Source: an uncultured bacterium
GTDB taxonomy: Bacteria > Abyssobacteria > SURF-5
Assembly: GCA_964510165.1 (NCBI GenBank)
Contig: CAZEBC010000052.1
Coordinates: forward strand, 1 to 22,125
Length of the DNA: 22,125 nucleotides
Direction: 5' to 3'
Part shown: positions 1 through 8,413 of the stretch, piece by piece
How positions within the stretch are numbered: position 1 is the first letter of the stretch
Layout: each line of letters starts with the position of its first letter
Notes under the pieces: model-generated
The model's input: only the letters and a program-made list of their open reading frames with translations
What the model was told of the DNA's origin: nothing
The model's database searches: none
Program-made: the position numbers and the translations under genes

Positions 1-155
1 GCGCCATGCCTCTGAACCTGACCCGGGTGAAGCGCAAGCGGGCAAGTCCCCGCATATTTCAACCTTGCTGTCATCCGCAAAGCTTTACACGCAGAACGAG
101 GGCCCGGCGCCTCGTTGAACATCTCAAGTCGAAAAAAGCCTGCCTGCCTCGCCAA

Positions 156-192
156 TGTCGGATTTCCTTACACCCTGTAAAAGCATCCGTCA
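156..192. promoter_or_regulatory. Paired upstream activator (enhancer-like) sites for the sigma54 promoter at 290
   Basis: TGTCGGATTTCCTTACA (156-172, TGT-N11-ACA) and TGTAAAAGCATCCGTCA (176-192) are imperfect inverted copies starting 20 bp apart, about 100-135 bp upstream of the -24 element. Confidence 0.5.
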
Positions 193-289
193 CCGACACC
201 GCTGACCGACGCGCGCGTTCCTTGCGTTGACCCTCCTAGAATCCCCTGTATTTGCGGGAAAACGGCGAATCACGCGTGACGCGCGTATT

Positions 290-304
290 CGGCACGGGTA
301 TTGC
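290..304 (+). promoter_or_regulatory. sigma54 (-24/-12) promoter
   Basis: CGGCAC-GGGTA-TTGC(A), with exact GG-N10-GC spacing, 57 bp before the ATG at 362. Confidence 0.8.
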
Positions 305-361
305 AAAACACCCTCACAGGGGGGCGACGCATGCACCAAGACTCTTGAGAGGGGTTTGATT

Positions 362-766
362 ATGGAAAAAAAGAAGGCGCCCCGTGTTCTGATCGTCGAT
401 GATGAGGACCGGTTCAGGACTACCACTACGGCCACGCTCTCGAAGCGAGGCTTCGTCGTTGAAGCGGTCGGCGATGGCGAACAGGCCGTCGAAAGGGTGG
501 AGAAGTCCGATTACGACGTAGTGGTGCTCGACATTCGGATGCCTCGTAAGAATGGGCATTCAGCGCTTCGCGAGATAAAGAGGCTCAAGCCGGACATAGA
601 AGTGATCATGCTGACGGCCTACGGCTCGATGGATTCGGCCCTCCAGGCGCTGCACGATGAGGTATTCGCCTATCTGGCCAAGCCATGCGACATTGACCTG
701 CTCGCTCTGAGAATTCGCGAGGCATCCTTCCGAAAAGGAGCGCTGCGGCGTCAGCGTTCAACCTGA
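362..766 (+). CDS. Single-domain response regulator (receiver)
   Basis: VLIVDDE, phospho-Asp in VVVLDIRMP, MLTAYG, LAKP. Start set at ATG 362 after GAGAGGGG and downstream of the sigma54 motif, rather than 227. Confidence 0.92.
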   Translation: MEKKKAPRVLIVDDEDRFRTTTTATLSKRGFVVEAVGDGEQAVERVEKSDYDVVVLDIRMPRKNGHSALREIKRLKPDIEVIMLTAYGSMDSALQALHDEVFAYLAKPCDIDLLALRIREASFRKGALRRQRST

Positions 767-811
767 GTCATCTGTCCGCGAGCACCGACACGGCATTGGG
801 AGGAGGTCGTC

Positions 812-1768
812 ATGGACAAAGCCAAGGGCATTGACGTATTGATAGTGGATGATGAGGACCGCTTCCGAGTGACCACGACCGCCTCGCTCAAGAGGCGCGG
901 CTTCGCCGTCAAAGCGGTAGGCAGCGGCCTGGAGGCTATTGAAGAGGTCAAGAAGGCGGATTTCGACGTAGTCATCCTTGACATAAAGATGCCATACATG
1001 GACGGGCACGAGACGATGCGCAGGATCAAGAGTCTCAAGCCGGACATGGAGGTCATCATGCTGACCGGATACGGCGGGTCCGACTCGGCGCTGGCGGGCC
1101 GCAGCGAGGGTGTCTTTGCATATCTCACGAAGCCTTGCAGCATTGATTTCCTTGCACTGAGGATCAGGGAAGCCTGTTTCAAACGGGAAGGCGCATCGGA
1201 ATATGCGCGTCGAGCCAGGGACATTATGGTCCCGCTGTCGGCCTTTATGGCCGAGATCAATAAGAACCAGACGGTAGCTGAGGTGGTCGAGACGATTCTC
1301 CGGTTCTCGAACAAGACCATCGGCGGTGAAACGCTGCACCGCTCCTTTCTGGTTACGGACGAGCGCGATGGGGTGGTCGGCGTAATCTGCTTTTCAGACC
1401 TGCTTCGAGCGTTGAGACCCACCGCGAGCAAGTCGCCCGGTGGCCAGACTCCAATGGCTGAATCCGCGTATTTGGACCAGGCCGGCTACCTGCGCGGCTT
1501 TATCACCGCGGTGCAGGAAATCGCTCCCAGAAGAGTGGGAGAATTGAAGCTCACCAAACCGCCCGTCGTCGCAGCGGACGCAGACTTGATGGATGTCCTT
1601 GAGAAACTGACATCGTCAGAGGCCCGCAATCTTTTTGTCCGCGAAGATGGAAAGATTGTCGGAGTGCTCCGCGAAAAAGACCTGTTTCTTGAGATGGTGA
1701 ACATAATAAGGTGTCACCAGGAAGGCCAATTCTTAAGCACGGAATCCTTTTCGGACGACAGGAATTAG
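812..1768 (+). CDS. Response regulator receiver fused to a CBS domain pair
   Basis: Receiver motifs LIVDDE, LDIKMP, LTKP. CBS-like ARDIMVPL, VVGVICFSDLL, KIVGVLREKDLF. RBS GGAGGAGG. Confidence 0.9.
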   Translation: MDKAKGIDVLIVDDEDRFRVTTTASLKRRGFAVKAVGSGLEAIEEVKKADFDVVILDIKMPYMDGHETMRRIKSLKPDMEVIMLTGYGGSDSALAGRSEGVFAYLTKPCSIDFLALRIREACFKREGASEYARRARDIMVPLSAFMAEINKNQTVAEVVETILRFSNKTIGGETLHRSFLVTDERDGVVGVICFSDLLRALRPTASKSPGGQTPMAESAYLDQAGYLRGFITAVQEIAPRRVGELKLTKPPVVAADADLMDVLEKLTSSEARNLFVREDGKIVGVLREKDLFLEMVNIIRCHQEGQFLSTESFSDDRN

Positions 1769-1843
1769 GCTTTCCGAGGCTGCGTCTGGACAGCTTCTTC
1801 CAGGACTTCTTGGCACGGGGACTCCCTTCTCAATTCATGGGTC

Positions 1844-1871
1844 TTGACTCGTATGTCAAGGGGGCTATAAT
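1844..1871 (+). promoter_or_regulatory. sigma70-type promoter with overlapping palindrome
   Basis: TTGACT-N16-TATAAT. CTTGAC-N6-GTCAAG inverted repeat at 1843-1860 covers the -35. Confidence 0.7.
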
Positions 1872-2055
1872 AGTACATCGCTTTGCATGTGGTCGGTATG
1901 TCCATGTCGCAGGCGAAATACGGGGTCCGCTGGCCCCCTTGGAGAATCATGATGGCTTTGTCGGCCATTCTTGGTATTTGATCTAAGCCGGGGTGTGCGT
2001 GGGTAGCCGGCGCGTTGGCATCGGGAGAGTGGAATCAGCCGAGAGGAGGAGGAGT

Positions 2056-3504
2056 ATGAAGACGCCGCAGCGGTCGAGAGGTGGCATGTCTTTAATTAAG
2101 CCGGTTCTTGTTTTATATATTCTGGTCTGCTTACCTTGTTTCTGGGTTGCGTCCGGCTGGGCCGAGGACCAACTCTCGGTTGACGAGCGACTGCTGAGGA
2201 TGGAAGACGAACTGAAGCAATTGAGACAAAAGAACCAGGAACTGCAGAAGGAAGTGGATTCGCTTAAAGGCCTTCTCCAGAGTCAACAGGAGATTCTGGA
2301 GACTGTCGAGGCGGCTCCCGCCAATTACGAACCTGCGGCAAAAGAAAAGGAAGCGCTGCCCGTGCTGAACGCTCGTTACAAGGACGGGTTCCAGCTTTAT
2401 TCCGAGGACGGACAATACAAGCTCCAACTTGGCGGACGCATCACCAGCCGCTATACCGCCTTCGAGTCCGGGCATCCCTCGAATGACGAATTCTCGCTGG
2501 AGCGCGCGCGCATCGAAACCGGCGTGAGCCTTTATGATCTGTACGACCTTAGAATACAAGTGGAATTCTCCGAGGACCCAACCTTGAAGGATGGTTATCT
2601 CAATATTCGGCACATACCATATGCTCAGTTGATGATGGGCCAATTCAAAGTGCCCTTTGCGTGGGAGTTCTTGCAGTCGCACAAGTACATTGATTTTGCC
2701 GAGCGGTCGATCGCCACGGACAACATGCGGTTCGCCGGACGCGACATCGGGGTGATGCTGCATGGCAGACCGTATGAAGAAATGATGGAATACCAGTTGG
2801 CAGTCGTAAACGGTACGGGAGAGAACCAGGGTGACGACAACGATGAAAAGGACATCGCCGGCCGGTTTGTGCTTCGACCGTTCAGACGGACCGAGACGGA
2901 CCTGCTGTCCGACCTTCATCTGGGCGTGGCGGCAACCTGGGGGGACCAGAACACTGATTTCTCGCGAACTGCGTTCGACACCGTCACCGGAACTGACTTT
3001 GTTGATTTCGCGGACGATACGCTGCACAAGGGAGACCGCACCAGGCTTGGAGGAGAATTTATCTGGCCGTTCGGCCCGGCCTCAATAAAGGCAGAGTTGA
3101 TACGTATGTGGCTCAATGATATGAATCTGGGAACCGCCAAAGAGGATTTCGATTTCAGTTCCGGCTATATTCTGGCGACGTATCTGCTAACGGGCGAGCA
3201 GAAGACATTGGGAAAGATCAGACCGCTGCATCCCTTTGATCCCGCGGCCGGAGGATGGGGCGCCTGGGAAATAGCCGCGCGCTACGCGGCATTCCACAGC
3301 GAGCGCGACCTGTTTCAGCATGGATTCGCTGCAGGGACCGACCAGGCCGACGCGTTCACGGTGGGCCTGAACTGGTATCTGAATCCATTGCTGCGCGTGA
3401 CTCTCAATTACGAGCGCACGGAGTTCGATGATGACATCGTGATTAACGGCGACACGCTCGATAACGAAGACGCATTCCTCATCCAGTGTCAGCTCGAGTT
3501 CTGA
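2056..3504 (+). CDS. OprO/OprP-like (phosphate/anion-selective family) outer-membrane porin with N-terminal coiled coil
   Basis: Signal peptide, coiled coil (LKQLRQKNQELQKEVDSLK), GQFKVPF, DFAERS, GRDIG, GAWEIAARY, TVGLNWYLN, C-terminal Phe. Strong RBS before ATG 2056. Confidence 0.85.
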   Translation: MKTPQRSRGGMSLIKPVLVLYILVCLPCFWVASGWAEDQLSVDERLLRMEDELKQLRQKNQELQKEVDSLKGLLQSQQEILETVEAAPANYEPAAKEKEALPVLNARYKDGFQLYSEDGQYKLQLGGRITSRYTAFESGHPSNDEFSLERARIETGVSLYDLYDLRIQVEFSEDPTLKDGYLNIRHIPYAQLMMGQFKVPFAWEFLQSHKYIDFAERSIATDNMRFAGRDIGVMLHGRPYEEMMEYQLAVVNGTGENQGDDNDEKDIAGRFVLRPFRRTETDLLSDLHLGVAATWGDQNTDFSRTAFDTVTGTDFVDFADDTLHKGDRTRLGGEFIWPFGPASIKAELIRMWLNDMNLGTAKEDFDFSSGYILATYLLTGEQKTLGKIRPLHPFDPAAGGWGAWEIAARYAAFHSERDLFQHGFAAGTDQADAFTVGLNWYLNPLLRVTLNYERTEFDDDIVINGDTLDNEDAFLIQCQLEF

Positions 3505-3524
3505 GCGCGCATCAGCGCGGCACA

Positions 3525-3565
3525 AATGAGGCCGGGCGGCAAGAGGCCACCCGGCTCATTCTTTT
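3525..3565. terminator. Intrinsic terminator hairpin between convergent genes
   Basis: AATGAG(G)CCGGG...CCCGGCTCATT stem followed by CTTTT. Confidence 0.7.
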
Positions 3566-3606
3566 GAAGATATCGAGTATGCCGAATCCGAAGGGGAGCG
3601 TGTCAG

Positions 3607-4077
3607 TTAAACTCGCGCGCGCCTTCCACGACCGTCGGGAATACCTTTTTCCTTGAGCATCCGCTTCACGTCTCGCCGACCGAGCTTGCGCATGGCGACG
3701 ATGGCAGCCTTGTTTTCGCCTCGCGGCCTTGCACGTCCCTGTTCCCAGAAGGCGACGGCGCCGGGGCTCACGTCAAGCAGGGCGGCCAATTTCTCCTGAC
3801 TGATGCCAAGCTTCTTGCGAAGGTTCTTGACGACTCTCCCGGTGATGCGTGCCGACTTGACCTCCTCGGGCGGGACCTCGGCGGCCTTCGGAGATGCCGG
3901 CTTCTCAAGGCGCGACGCGGTGGCTGACTGCAGTCTGGCGAACGCTTTGGCGAGTTTGCCGACCGTTCGCTTGAGTTCCCGAACATCCTTGGACAGAGGA
4001 ACGATTCTGGCTTTCATTTCCTTTCGTGACAGCCGCGCGATTTCCGCTCTCAACGTGTCTTCCATCTTTCCCATCAT
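3607..4077 (-). CDS. XRE-family helix-turn-helix protein with N-terminal coiled coil
   Basis: VKNLRKKLGISQEKLAALLDVSPGAVAFWEQGRARP. RBS GGAGG. Confidence 0.85.
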   Translation of the reverse strand: MMGKMEDTLRAEIARLSRKEMKARIVPLSKDVRELKRTVGKLAKAFARLQSATASRLEKPASPKAAEVPPEEVKSARITGRVVKNLRKKLGISQEKLAALLDVSPGAVAFWEQGRARPRGENKAAIVAMRKLGRRDVKRMLKEKGIPDGRGRRARV

Positions 4078-4186
4078 GGCCTCCTGCTCGTATTCGCAAG
4101 CGCACGCATTCCCCGATAAAAGGAGACAGCCAATCCCTCATGTCAAGGATATCCCGTCCAGCGCTTTGGAGTGCGGGGTCGGTCGA

Positions 4187-4477
4187 TTACTTCCGACCGC
4201 CGAGGACCGCATCCTTAGCCGCCTTCGAGACTCTGAACTTCAGCGCACGTTTGGCGGGAATCTTGATGGGTTCGCCGGTGGCCGGGTTGCGCCCGATACG
4301 CGCCTTTCGCTGAACGACGACCAGCTTTCCGAAGCCCGGAAGCGTGAAGCCGTTCTTTGCCTCTTTGTAAGCGATGTTGGCCAGGTCATCCAGCAGCTCG
4401 CCAACTTTCTTCTTGGGGATGTCCAAGTCCTGAGAGAGGCGATTCACAAGCTGGGCTTTCGTCATCGCTTTTGCCAT
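4187..4477 (-). CDS. hup: HU/IHF-family nucleoid protein
   Basis: MTKAQLV, LPGFGKL, RKARIGRNPATGEPIKIPAK, LKFRVSK. Confidence 0.95.
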   Translation of the reverse strand: MAKAMTKAQLVNRLSQDLDIPKKKVGELLDDLANIAYKEAKNGFTLPGFGKLVVVQRKARIGRNPATGEPIKIPAKRALKFRVSKAAKDAVLGGRK

Positions 4478-4539
4478 GGGACCTTTCCTCCAATCTAACC
4501 CTTACATTGCCCAAGAAAACACATTCCACAAGTTGGCAA

Positions 4540-4569
4540 ATTATAGGGGATTTCCTTTCAGAATGTCAA
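4540..4569 (-). promoter_or_regulatory. sigma70 promoter of the HU gene
   Basis: Minus strand reads TTGACA-N18-TATAAT, both hexamers exact consensus. Confidence 0.8.
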
Positions 4570-4681
4570 CTTTCTCACGATGCCGGCCCCTCAACCCGCT
4601 CGATTTGGGAAAATCCAAAGTTATGGTGTAATATTAGAAAGATTACTCCGCCCCTTGCTGGCGATGGGTTTTTGGAGGGAG

Positions 4682-6805
4682 ATGGACATAGGATTTCAGG
4701 GGAAAAACATCAGTGGCCTTTCGGCTTTCCTGCCCTTCTTTCTGCTGGCCGCGGCCGTCTTGGTGATTTATGCGGGAGGCCTGAGGAACGGCTTTGTCTA
4801 TGACGACCAGGTGCAACTTGTCGAAAACGTCGCACTCAGAAGCCTTCGGAACATTCCGCTATTGTTCATCGATCCTGCACACACATCAAGCTCAGGAGTT
4901 GTCGAAGAAATATATCGCCCGTTGCGCGGAACGCTGTTCGCGATTGAATATCATCTCTGGGGTTTGAATCCGACAGGGTTTCATGCAGTCAATGTGCTGT
5001 TTCATGCGCTCAACTCCTTTCTGGTCTTCCTTTTTCTGAAGCGGTTTGTTCCCGGCGCGATGCCCGCGTTCGGGGCAGCCTTGCTCTTCGCGGTTCATCC
5101 GGCGCTGACCGAGAATGTCAGTTGGGTGTGCAGCCGCTCAGACCTTCTGTGCATGTTCTTCTTCATAATAGGGCTGCTGTGCTACATAACCAGTTGTCGC
5201 AATCGTGACCCGCAGAAAAACAGGTGGGCGCTTTACTCGCTCTCACTGCTGTCGCTCATGTTTGCGCTTCTGTCAAAGGAAATGGCGGTCATGTTCCCCG
5301 CAGCGATGATCGCGATTGACCTATGGGGCGACGGCTTGAAGAACCTCCGCGCGAGATGGAGGGAATACGCGCCCTTCCTTGTGCTGACATTCGCATATCT
5401 CGTTTTCAGGATGAATATCATGAGTCAGTTTGCACAGACTGACCCTTTGGGCAAGACCCCCATTCAGACGGCGGGCATCATGGCGAGGGGCACATTATAC
5501 TACATCAGACTCGTCCTGCTTCCCGTGGATTTGAATGTGTTGCCATACATAGATACCGGGATCCCTCTCGGCGATATCAGAACCCTGGGGGCTCTGTGCC
5601 TGACTGCTCTTCTCATCTCATCGGCCTGCGTATTGCGACGGCGTTACCCTACGGCATCTCTCGGCGCGTTTCTGTTCTTCGTGCTCCTGTTGCCAGTCTC
5701 AAACATCGTGCCGATCAAGGCGGTTGTCGCCGAGAGATTCATTTACATTCCGTCGCTGGGCTTCTCCGTTGTGTGCGCAGCGTGGCTTCGAGTCGCCGAA
5801 TCGTTCAACCATTCGCGCATGATTAAGGCGCTCACGGCAGCTGCGATCTCCGTCGTTGTCTTCGTCTATTCGACGCTCACCATTGCCAGAAACATGGATT
5901 GGCGAAGCAATCTGACGTTGTTCATCTCGGCAGTGGAGAAGGCCCCCGAAAACCCGCGCGCCCATGTCCTGCTTGCAAAGGAGTATTTTGTGTCGGGCCA
6001 TTATGATGATTCTCTGCGCGAGTGTCTGACCGCCCTGAAGCTGAATCCGGGACTTGCCGAGGCGCACACTGTTCTGGGCAGCATTTACCTTAGGCAAGGC
6101 ATCCTCAAGCCTGCGGAAGACGAATTTCGGATCGCATTGTCGCTCGATCCTCACAACGCCGAGATAAGCAACGGTCTTGGCATCGTCTACCGGCAACAGG
6201 GCCGACTCGATGAAGCTCTTGCCGCCTTCAAGGCCGCGCTCAAGAGAAGCCCCATGGTCTCGGAGATTCTTAACAACGTCGGCAGCGTGCTGCTCGAAAA
6301 GGGAGAAGTCGCGGCAGCGGCGGAGTACTTCAACAAGGCGTTGAACGTCAGACCCGACAACTGGGAGGCGGCCTGCAACATGGCATACTCACTCGTTGAA
6401 CTAGGGCGCCCTGGTGACGCGGTCGGTCTCATTGAGCAATGGTTGTCCCGGCAGCCGGCCGACGTCGAGATGCTCAACCTTCTCGGCCGGGCGCATTCCG
6501 CCAGCGGCAACTACGGAGCCGCGAGCGAGGCATACACACGCGCCATCCGAGCCAACCCGTCGGATGCGCGAGCGTATACTTGGCTTGCAGACCTGTACAT
6601 GAGCCACGGCGAATATGAGAACGCCGTTCAAGTTTACAGGAGCATACTCGCGATGTATCCTGCATCGGTGAATCACCGCGTCTCGCTCGCGGAGGCGCTC
6701 GAGAGAAGCGGCCTGCATGAAGAAGCGCTGGAAGAATTGCGGGCCGCCGCCAGACTGTCTCCGGACAGAGCCGTTGAGTATAAGACCCGCGTTCAGTCCA
6801 AATGA
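4682..6805 (+). CDS. TMTC-like GT-C-fold membrane glycosyltransferase with C-terminal TPR repeats
   Basis: Multi-TM N-half with FVYDD, YRPL, HPALTENVSW...RSDLL, LLSKE, AERFIYIPS. C-half TPR repeats. Start at ATG 4682 after GGAGGGAG. Confidence 0.85.
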   Translation: MDIGFQGKNISGLSAFLPFFLLAAAVLVIYAGGLRNGFVYDDQVQLVENVALRSLRNIPLLFIDPAHTSSSGVVEEIYRPLRGTLFAIEYHLWGLNPTGFHAVNVLFHALNSFLVFLFLKRFVPGAMPAFGAALLFAVHPALTENVSWVCSRSDLLCMFFFIIGLLCYITSCRNRDPQKNRWALYSLSLLSLMFALLSKEMAVMFPAAMIAIDLWGDGLKNLRARWREYAPFLVLTFAYLVFRMNIMSQFAQTDPLGKTPIQTAGIMARGTLYYIRLVLLPVDLNVLPYIDTGIPLGDIRTLGALCLTALLISSACVLRRRYPTASLGAFLFFVLLLPVSNIVPIKAVVAERFIYIPSLGFSVVCAAWLRVAESFNHSRMIKALTAAAISVVVFVYSTLTIARNMDWRSNLTLFISAVEKAPENPRAHVLLAKEYFVSGHYDDSLRECLTALKLNPGLAEAHTVLGSIYLRQGILKPAEDEFRIALSLDPHNAEISNGLGIVYRQQGRLDEALAAFKAALKRSPMVSEILNNVGSVLLEKGEVAAAAEYFNKALNVRPDNWEAACNMAYSLVELGRPGDAVGLIEQWLSRQPADVEMLNLLGRAHSASGNYGAASEAYTRAIRANPSDARAYTWLADLYMSHGEYENAVQVYRSILAMYPASVNHRVSLAEALERSGLHEEALEELRAAARLSPDRAVEYKTRVQSK

Positions 6806-7416
6806 CGAATACCATGCGGCGACTTCATGTGACAGAATGGCTGTGCGGCAAATGGGGGATAAGGCGGGAAATTGAATCAGCCGACTACATCGTCGGACTC
6901 GGCAGCGGCATCCTCAATGACGCGACCGGCGAACTCACCCGAGCGAGCAAGAATGTGGTCGACCATTGTATTTCGCTCTACCGGATCCGAAGCGGAACCC
7001 GAGGCATCATTCTTGTGGGAGGCATGCCGTGGCGTCACCCGCGATTCAGCGACGCCGCACTGATGCACAAGAGATTGTTGGCTCTGCGTGAATCCTCGCG
7101 GCAATTCAGTGTGCCCCCGGAAAAGGTTGTCGTCATCGAGGGCTATGACAATACATATCTTCAGGTCGGCGCGCTGTGGACACATCTTCTCGCAGAGCCG
7201 GGAGCAAGGGTGCTCATCGTGTGCCCCAGGCTTCAGACCCGACGCCTTAAGGCGATACTGAAAAAGCGCGGGCTTCTTGAAAGGGCTGGAATCGCCCCCG
7301 TTGATGATGACTGCGAGCCTGAGAAGCCCGTCGAACGATTTCGATGGAATGCCCGCCGCTACCTCCTCCATGAAATCCTCGCCTCCGTTCACCATAAGCT
7401 TCACGGGTGGATATAG
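6802..7416 (+). CDS. DUF218/YdcF (ElyC/SanA-like) family protein
   Basis: ADYIVGLGSG, IILVGG, SDAALM, NTY, C-terminal LHEILA. ATGA overlap with the upstream stop. Confidence 0.65.
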   Translation: MTNTMRRLHVTEWLCGKWGIRREIESADYIVGLGSGILNDATGELTRASKNVVDHCISLYRIRSGTRGIILVGGMPWRHPRFSDAALMHKRLLALRESSRQFSVPPEKVVVIEGYDNTYLQVGALWTHLLAEPGARVLIVCPRLQTRRLKAILKKRGLLERAGIAPVDDDCEPEKPVERFRWNARRYLLHEILASVHHKLHGWI

Positions 7417-7432
7417 CGTCCGGGCCGACCGA

Positions 7433-7461
7433 TTGACGCAAAACATAATGGATGTTAAAAT
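7433..7461 (+). promoter_or_regulatory. sigma70 promoter (extended -10) for the TIM-barrel/selD unit
   Basis: TTGACG-N17-TAAAAT with TG at 7453-7454, in an AT-rich intergenic stretch. Confidence 0.75.
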
Positions 7462-7516
7462 GAATTCGGATTTTGTGTTGAAACTAAGCAAGGATTTCTT
7501 CTGTATTTCTAAGAAT

Positions 7517-8374
7517 ATGCGAATGGATTTATGCCTTAACCTCACGACGGTCTTGAGGGCGGGGCTGGAAGATGCTGTCGCCGCGGCAGCCCGCGCGGGC
7601 TTTGAGTCCGTCGAGCTCTGGGCTGACTCGCTGGAACAATACCTCAGGGCTCATTCCGTCAGCGACCTCCGAAATGTATTGGAGGAGCATCGGCTAAAGG
7701 TCTTGAGCATCGGCGATATCGAATCAATCACGTTCTGTAACGCCGACCAATTTGACGAACTCAGGCGGCGTTGTGAGAAGCTGGCCGAAGTCGCGGCAGC
7801 GATTGCGTGTCCCAATCTTGTGGCAAGCGCTTCGGTGCGACCTCGAGGTGTGGACGAGGCGCGCATAGATGACGAGGCCGCCTCGGCGTTCGGGAAACTG
7901 CTTGACATCGTGGAGCCCGCGGGCGTAAGGCTCGCTCTTGCATTTCGCGGCTTCCGATGGTGCGCCGTCAACTCGCTTGAGCAGGCCAGCCGCACCATCG
8001 CGGCCCACGCCGGCCGACGCGCGGGGCTTGCTCTCGACACTTTTGACCTGCATAATACGGGCGTCGGGGATGGGGAACTACAAGGCATCGACCCAACCAG
8101 TATATTCGTGCTCAGGTTGAGCGATTCCGCCAACGTCCCCAGCCCGATTCTTTCGGATACCGACAGGGTGCTTCCCGGCGAGGGGGTCGCCAGGCTAGAT
8201 TCGATGTTGCAGGCGTTCGTGCAGGCGGGCTACTCCGGACCCGTCTCGCTGAAGATACTCAGCCCGAACCTGTGGAGTCTGGGAGCCGATGACCTGGCAA
8301 AACTGGTAATGGCTATGGCGGTGCAGTATGTGCCCGAGCGTACGAAGCACGGTACAAGCGCGACTGAACGCTGA
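7517..8374 (+). CDS. Sugar-phosphate isomerase/epimerase (AP endonuclease 2, IolI-like) TIM-barrel protein, metal ligands substituted
   Basis: LEDAVAAAARAGFESVELW, LDTF, DRVLPGEG, GYSGPVSL. Start moved to 7517 (alternative 7523) because the promoter lies at 7433-7461. Confidence 0.8.
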   Translation: MRMDLCLNLTTVLRAGLEDAVAAAARAGFESVELWADSLEQYLRAHSVSDLRNVLEEHRLKVLSIGDIESITFCNADQFDELRRRCEKLAEVAAAIACPNLVASASVRPRGVDEARIDDEAASAFGKLLDIVEPAGVRLALAFRGFRWCAVNSLEQASRTIAAHAGRRAGLALDTFDLHNTGVGDGELQGIDPTSIFVLRLSDSANVPSPILSDTDRVLPGEGVARLDSMLQAFVQAGYSGPVSLKILSPNLWSLGADDLAKLVMAMAVQYVPERTKHGTSATER

Positions 8375-8413
8375 GTTGGGGACATCCCGCGCGGCGCGGG
8401 ACAGGGAGTCCCC

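Noticed and set aside
95-116. Hairpin AACGAGG...CCTCGTT as a terminator
   Set aside because: It has no U-tract and the upstream gene lies outside the window, so it cannot be supported.
1811-1826. TGGCACGGGGACTCC as a sigma54 promoter
   Set aside because: It has a good -24 element but no GC at -12.
1765-1968. 67-aa minus-strand ORF
   Set aside because: It has no recognisable motif and overlaps the plus-strand promoter and operator of the porin.
1898-2059. Possible small selenoprotein by readthrough of TGA 1979-1981
   Set aside because: There is no redox-type motif and no convincing SECIS, and the peptide resembles nothing I recognise.
2131-3027. 298-aa minus-strand ORF and similar antisense ORFs elsewhere (751-1431, 8704-9396, 13727-14560)
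   Set aside because: They fully overlap motif-rich genes on the opposite strand, which is expected in GC-rich DNA.
3607-4477. XRE plus HU as a prophage or mobile-element remnant
   Set aside because: No integrase, terminal repeats, phage genes or evident compositional shift were seen.
7277-7516. N-terminal 80-aa extension of the TIM-barrel ORF
   Set aside because: It overlaps the upstream gene and an AT-rich promoter region, and family similarity starts at 7517.
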